Below, piece after piece: positions 60,449-64,000 of a DNA stretch of 64,000 nt (within the stretch, counting starts at the first letter, position 1; each line of letters opens with the position of its first letter). The stretch spans positions 160,001-224,000 of the forward strand of contig CAVWUU010000003.1 in assembly GCA_963758295.1 (NCBI GenBank), read 5' to 3'. Made by a program: the position numbers and the translations under genes. A model generated the notes under the pieces. That model saw only the letters and a list, made by a program, of their open reading frames with translations, had not been told where the DNA came from and made no database searches. This stretch comes from Candidatus Eremiobacteria bacterium (lineage in GTDB: Bacteria; Vulcanimicrobiota; Vulcanimicrobiia; Vulcanimicrobiales; Vulcanimicrobiaceae).

Positions 60449-61690
60449 ATGCGTCGTGCGCTTGCTCTGTCGATGTTGTGCTCTCTTCTCGCAGCATGCG
60501 GTGGGAGCCAATTGGGCAGCTCCGCCGGAGGGCCAGTTCTTCCGGCACGAGCCGGCTCGCACACGAATGACGCTGCCACGGCACTCCCCGGCGATGCGGC
60601 TACGGCTCTTCCCGGCGATGCTGCAACGGCGCTTCCCGGGGACGCGGCAACCGCGCTCCCCGGCGACGCAGCGACCGCATTGCCCGGCGCAACGCTCGCA
60701 TGCCCCCTCGTGCAAGCACCCGGACAAGGCAACTGTTCCGTCGCCATCAACCTTTCGTTCGCGCCGCTAGCCTCGCTCGCGCCCGGCTCCATTATCCCAG
60801 GCCTGCACCCCTCCGATCTAACGACACGCTATGCGCTGCCAGCGTCACCGGGAGGGACCGTGGCGATCGTCGATGCGTATGACGATCCGGTCGCGGAATC
60901 CGACTTGGCGATGTACCGCGCGGCGTTCGGCCTGCCGCCGTGCACCACCGCAAACGGCTGCTTAAAGAAAGTCGACGAACGCGGCGGCTCTTCGCTCCCG
61001 TCGCTTAATATCGCCTGGGCGCAAGAGATTTCGCTCGATCTGGATATGGTGTCCGCCGCCTGCCCGTCATGTTCCATCTTGCTCGTAGAAGCGAAAAGCG
61101 CCTCGATCGACGACCTCGGAACAGGCGTCGATACGGCCGCTGCAGCCGGCGTGCGCGCGATTAGCAACAGCTACTACGCGGCGGAGTGGAGCGGCGAAAC
61201 GAGCGAAGACGCACATTACAATCATCCCGGCGTGCCGATCGTCGCGAGCGCCGGCGACGCACCGTATCCCTTCTATCCCGCGTCCTCGCCGAACGTTATT
61301 TCGGTTGGCGGCACGTCGCTTTCGAAGTCGGGCGGAACGTTCACGGAAACGCCGTGGCAATACGGCGGTCGCGGATGCAGCGGTTATGAGACGCAGCCCG
61401 ACTATCAGAAGAAGCTCACGACGTGTAAGACGCGTTACGCCGTCGACATTGCGGCGGTTGCCGATCCGAATACAGGCGTCGCGATGTTCGACTCGCTCTC
61501 GGGCGGCTGGCTCGTGGCAGGCGGAACGAGCGTCGGTGCCCCGCTCGTTGCCGCTGCATATGCGCTCGCGCGCAACGGCGCGCCGCCGTCGCAAGCCTAC
61601 GCGCACTACACTTCATTCTTCGACGTGCCGCCCGCAGGCTTCGATGCCGCAACGGGACTCGGATCACCTAACGGCCTCGGCGGTCTCTAA
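60449..61690 (+). CDS. Subtilase (S8/S53-like) lipoprotein with an N-terminal octapeptide repeat
   Basis: Lipobox LAAC; VAIVDAYD, EISLDLD, SAGD, VGGT, GGTS..AP, TGLGSP. Confidence 0.85.
   Translation: MRRALALSMLCSLLAACGGSQLGSSAGGPVLPARAGSHTNDAATALPGDAATALPGDAATALPGDAATALPGDAATALPGATLACPLVQAPGQGNCSVAINLSFAPLASLAPGSIIPGLHPSDLTTRYALPASPGGTVAIVDAYDDPVAESDLAMYRAAFGLPPCTTANGCLKKVDERGGSSLPSLNIAWAQEISLDLDMVSAACPSCSILLVEAKSASIDDLGTGVDTAAAAGVRAISNSYYAAEWSGETSEDAHYNHPGVPIVASAGDAPYPFYPASSPNVISVGGTSLSKSGGTFTETPWQYGGRGCSGYETQPDYQKKLTTCKTRYAVDIAAVADPNTGVAMFDSLSGGWLVAGGTSVGAPLVAAAYALARNGAPPSQAYAHYTSFFDVPPAGFDAATGLGSPNGLGGL
60569..60688 (+). repeat. 5 x 24-bp coding tandem repeat (DAATALPG)5
   Basis: Five consecutive 24-mers encode an identical peptide with different synonymous codons. 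Confidence 0.95.
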
Positions 61691-62934
61691 CCGCCTTCCT
61701 TCGGATGTAACGCGTCGTAGTCGCGCAGCGATGGGAAAATCAGAGCCCACAGCGCGATAACGGCGAGCGTTGCGCAGCCGCCGGCAATGATAGAAGCGCG
61801 AGTGCCGATCAACGCCGCAAGCGTCCCGGATTCAAAGGCCCCGAGTTCGTTTGAAGCGCCGATGAATACGCCTTCAACCGCGCCCACACGTCCGCGCATG
61901 GCGTCGGGCGTCGTCAACTGCACGAGCGCGCCGCGAATCACCATACTCACCATGTCGAAGCCGCCTGCGATAGCGAGTGCTCCGAAAGAAAGCCAGAAAA
62001 GGTTTGAGGCGCCGAAGACGATGGTGAAAATGCCAAAACCCGCGACGACGAAAAACAATACCGGGCCGGCGTGCCGGCGGATCGGATGCCGCGTAACGTA
62101 GATTGCGACGATCGCAGCGCCGAGCGCCGGCGCGGCGCGCAACACTCCGAATCCGGTTGCGCCCGTGTGCAGAATCTGCGTGGAAACGGCCGGCAAGAGC
62201 GCCGTCGCGCCGCCGAAAAGTACCGCAAAGAGATCGAGCGAGATGGCGCCGAGAATCGTTCGTTGCGTGAAGATGAAACGCACGCCTTCGGTAGCCGATT
62301 GCCATAACGATTCCGCTTGCGTCGCGGCGCTCGGGCGCGCTCGTAAAAACCATGCAGCTACGGCGGAGACGCCGTAAAAGCACGCCGCACATGCGAAAGC
62401 GAGCGGAGTAGAAAAAGCGATCAAAAGTCCGGCCAATGCCGGCCCGGCGATCGTAATGAGCTGCCCCGACGTCGATGCAAGCGCCGAGGCTCGAACGTAG
62501 TCTTCACGGTCGACGATCGTGGCTAGGAGCGATCGTTGCGCCGGCGGCCCGAACGAATGGATGATTCCAACAAGGAGTACGACGGCGAGGTTCAGCGGCA
62601 ACGACGTGACGTGGAACAATGCGAGCGCGATGAAGAATCCGAGCCCGAGCATTTCGCAAAACGGGACGGTGATTGCAATCGTCCGGCGATCGACGTGATC
62701 GGCAAGATATCCGGCGGGAAGCGCCAGAATCAGCTGCGGCAAGAAAAGCAGCAAGCCGACCAGGCCCAAATCAAAGGGCTGGTGGCGGATTGAAAAGACC
62801 TGCCACGCAACGGCGACGTCTTCGATGCCGTAGGCGAGCCACGTCGCACTGCGCGTCAGGAAATACGCCGCAAACTCCGGGTGACGAAAAAGAGCCCGGA
62901 GCGAGCCGGGCTCTTTTCGGTTTTGCGTTGACAC
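61687..62934 (-). CDS. MFS transporter (EntS/H+ antiporter-like)
   Basis: VAWQVF, GYLADHVDRR, LDLFAVLFGGATALLP, MRGRV, SNELGAFESG. Confidence 0.9.
   Translation of the reverse strand: MSTQNRKEPGSLRALFRHPEFAAYFLTRSATWLAYGIEDVAVAWQVFSIRHQPFDLGLVGLLLFLPQLILALPAGYLADHVDRRTIAITVPFCEMLGLGFFIALALFHVTSLPLNLAVVLLVGIIHSFGPPAQRSLLATIVDREDYVRASALASTSGQLITIAGPALAGLLIAFSTPLAFACAACFYGVSAVAAWFLRARPSAATQAESLWQSATEGVRFIFTQRTILGAISLDLFAVLFGGATALLPAVSTQILHTGATGFGVLRAAPALGAAIVAIYVTRHPIRRHAGPVLFFVVAGFGIFTIVFGASNLFWLSFGALAIAGGFDMVSMVIRGALVQLTTPDAMRGRVGAVEGVFIGASNELGAFESGTLAALIGTRASIIAGGCATLAVIALWALIFPSLRDYDALHPKEGG
62886..62918 (-). terminator. Terminator-like hairpin after pepA, inside the 5' end of the MFS ORF
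   Basis: AAAAGAGCCCGG-AGCGAG-CCGGGCTCTTTT is a 12-bp stem, ending in a U5 run on the minus strand. Confidence 0.65.
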
Positions 62935-62944
62935 GCGATCGAGC

Positions 62945-64000
62945 TTAGGCGCTGACTTTCGCGGCGCCGTTCGCGTGCACGACCGGTGCGCCGGCGAGCG
63001 TTTCGACGAACGAAACCAGCGCTCGGACCGGCGTTCCCGTCGGGCCTTTGGCCTGCCATGCCGACTCGTTGTCCAAATACGCGGTTCCTGCGATATCGAG
63101 ATGGATCCACGGCTTGTCGTCGACGAACGACTTCAAGAACGCGCCGGCCGTTAACGTGCCTGCTGCACGGCCGCCGGTGTTCTTCAGGTCGGCGATGTCG
63201 CTCTTCATGGCGTTGGCGTAGTCGTCATAGAGCGGCATTTGCCAGTACCGTTCGCCGGTCGGCTTCGCCGCGCTCAAGAACGATTGAATGAATTCGTCGT
63301 TGTTCGAAACCGCGGCCGATGCAGCATGCCCGAGGGCGACGACGCAAGCGCCGGTAAGCGTTGCGGTGTCGATCATCTTCGTTGCGCCCAGCTTCGCGGC
63401 GTAGCAAAGCGCGTCAGCGAGAATCAAACGGCCTTCGGCATCGGTGTTGATCACTTCGATCGTTTTGCCGTTCATCGCTTTGACGATGTCGCCCGGCTTC
63501 GTCGCCTTGCCGCCCGGCATGTTTTCCGTCGCGGGAACGAGCCCGACAATGTTGATTTTCGGTTTCAACTTTCCGATTGCGGTCATGGCGGCAATGACCG
63601 CTGCGCCGCCCGACATGTCGTACTTCATCTCTTCCATGCGGTCGGGGGGTTTTAGCGAAATGCCGCCGGTGTCGAACGTGATGCCTTTACCAACGAGCGC
63701 GAGCAGCTCTTTGCTGCCCGGATCGCCGTTGTACCGCATAACGATGAACTTCGGCGGTTGCGCGCTGCCTTGCGCGACCGAAAGAAACGATCCCATGCCT
63801 TCGTTGCGTGCGCGCGCTTCATCCAACACTTCCACGTCCAGGCCGGCGTCTTTCGCCGCGCGCGTTGCTTCGTCGGCAAGAATCGTCGGCGTCATGTCGC
63901 TCGCCGGCGTGACCGCGAGACGGCGCGCGAAGTTCACCGCTTCGCCGACCACGATGCCGCGGTCGAGACCTGCTTGTGCCGCTCCATTATCGAGGTCGTT
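62945..64000 (-). CDS. pepA: Leucyl aminopeptidase M17 (5' end outside the window)
   Basis: VGKGITFDTGG, MKYDMSG, NTDAEGRL, ATLTGA, HLDIAGT. Confidence 0.96.
   Translation of the reverse strand, partial: NDLDNGAAQAGLDRGIVVGEAVNFARRLAVTPASDMTPTILADEATRAAKDAGLDVEVLDEARARNEGMGSFLSVAQGSAQPPKFIVMRYNGDPGSKELLALVGKGITFDTGGISLKPPDRMEEMKYDMSGGAAVIAAMTAIGKLKPKINIVGLVPATENMPGGKATKPGDIVKAMNGKTIEVINTDAEGRLILADALCYAAKLGATKMIDTATLTGACVVALGHAASAAVSNNDEFIQSFLSAAKPTGERYWQMPLYDDYANAMKSDIADLKNTGGRAAGTLTAGAFLKSFVDDKPWIHLDIAGTAYLDNESAWQAKGPTGTPVRALVSFVETLAGAPVVHANGAAKVSA

Noticed and set aside
60569..60688. 24-bp periodic repeat as a CRISPR array
   Set aside because: There are no spacers, the variation is synonymous, the repeat lies in frame within a CDS, and no cas genes are present.
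1..64000. Numerous long Arg/Ala-rich alternative-frame and antisense ORFs
   Set aside because: Expected by-products of high GC content; they overlap well-supported genes and lack motifs.

Overview
GC-rich (roughly 60% by eye) bacterial chromosome segment made mostly of housekeeping genes. Gene content and protein style suggest a soil Terrabacteria lineage such as Eremiobacterota/Vulcanimicrobiota; this is an unverified inference. In order: accessory oxidoreductase/transport genes, mqo, a tRNA-Gln/tRNA-Glu pair behind an HNH remnant, an NDP-sugar/glycosyltransferase block, pcrA, dapB-asd-lysC-dapA, riboflavin genes (ribD, ribE, ribBA, ribH), mtnA-holA, a large purine cluster (purB, purC fusion, purL/Q/S, two PurP-family ligases, guaA, purD, purF) interrupted by cydAB, then infA, tpx, bluB-panB, ada, a MalT-type regulator with a subtilase lipoprotein, an MFS gene and partial pepA. 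Many frameshifts at 1.8-18 kb and one at about 35.1 kb hit essential genes and are most likely sequencing/assembly indels. Main observations: (1) RibBA is fused to an N-terminal XRE helix-turn-helix, and an 18-bp palindrome covers its own -35 box, suggesting an autoregulating enzyme in place of an FMN riboswitch; (2) the purine pathway is a mosaic, with two archaeal-type PurP paralogs, an animal-PAICS-like PurC fused to a degenerate PurE domain, and a single-chain tandem PurS; (3) a GCGGGTAY-N9-ATG motif sits at identical spacing before four stress-type genes, a candidate leaderless alternative-sigma regulon; (4) infA has no ATG/GTG/TTG start and apparently begins at ATA, overlapping a 9-codon uORF; (5) a membrane-anchored double-AAA protein lacks both Walker A motifs. 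No CRISPR array, rRNA or intact mobile element was seen.
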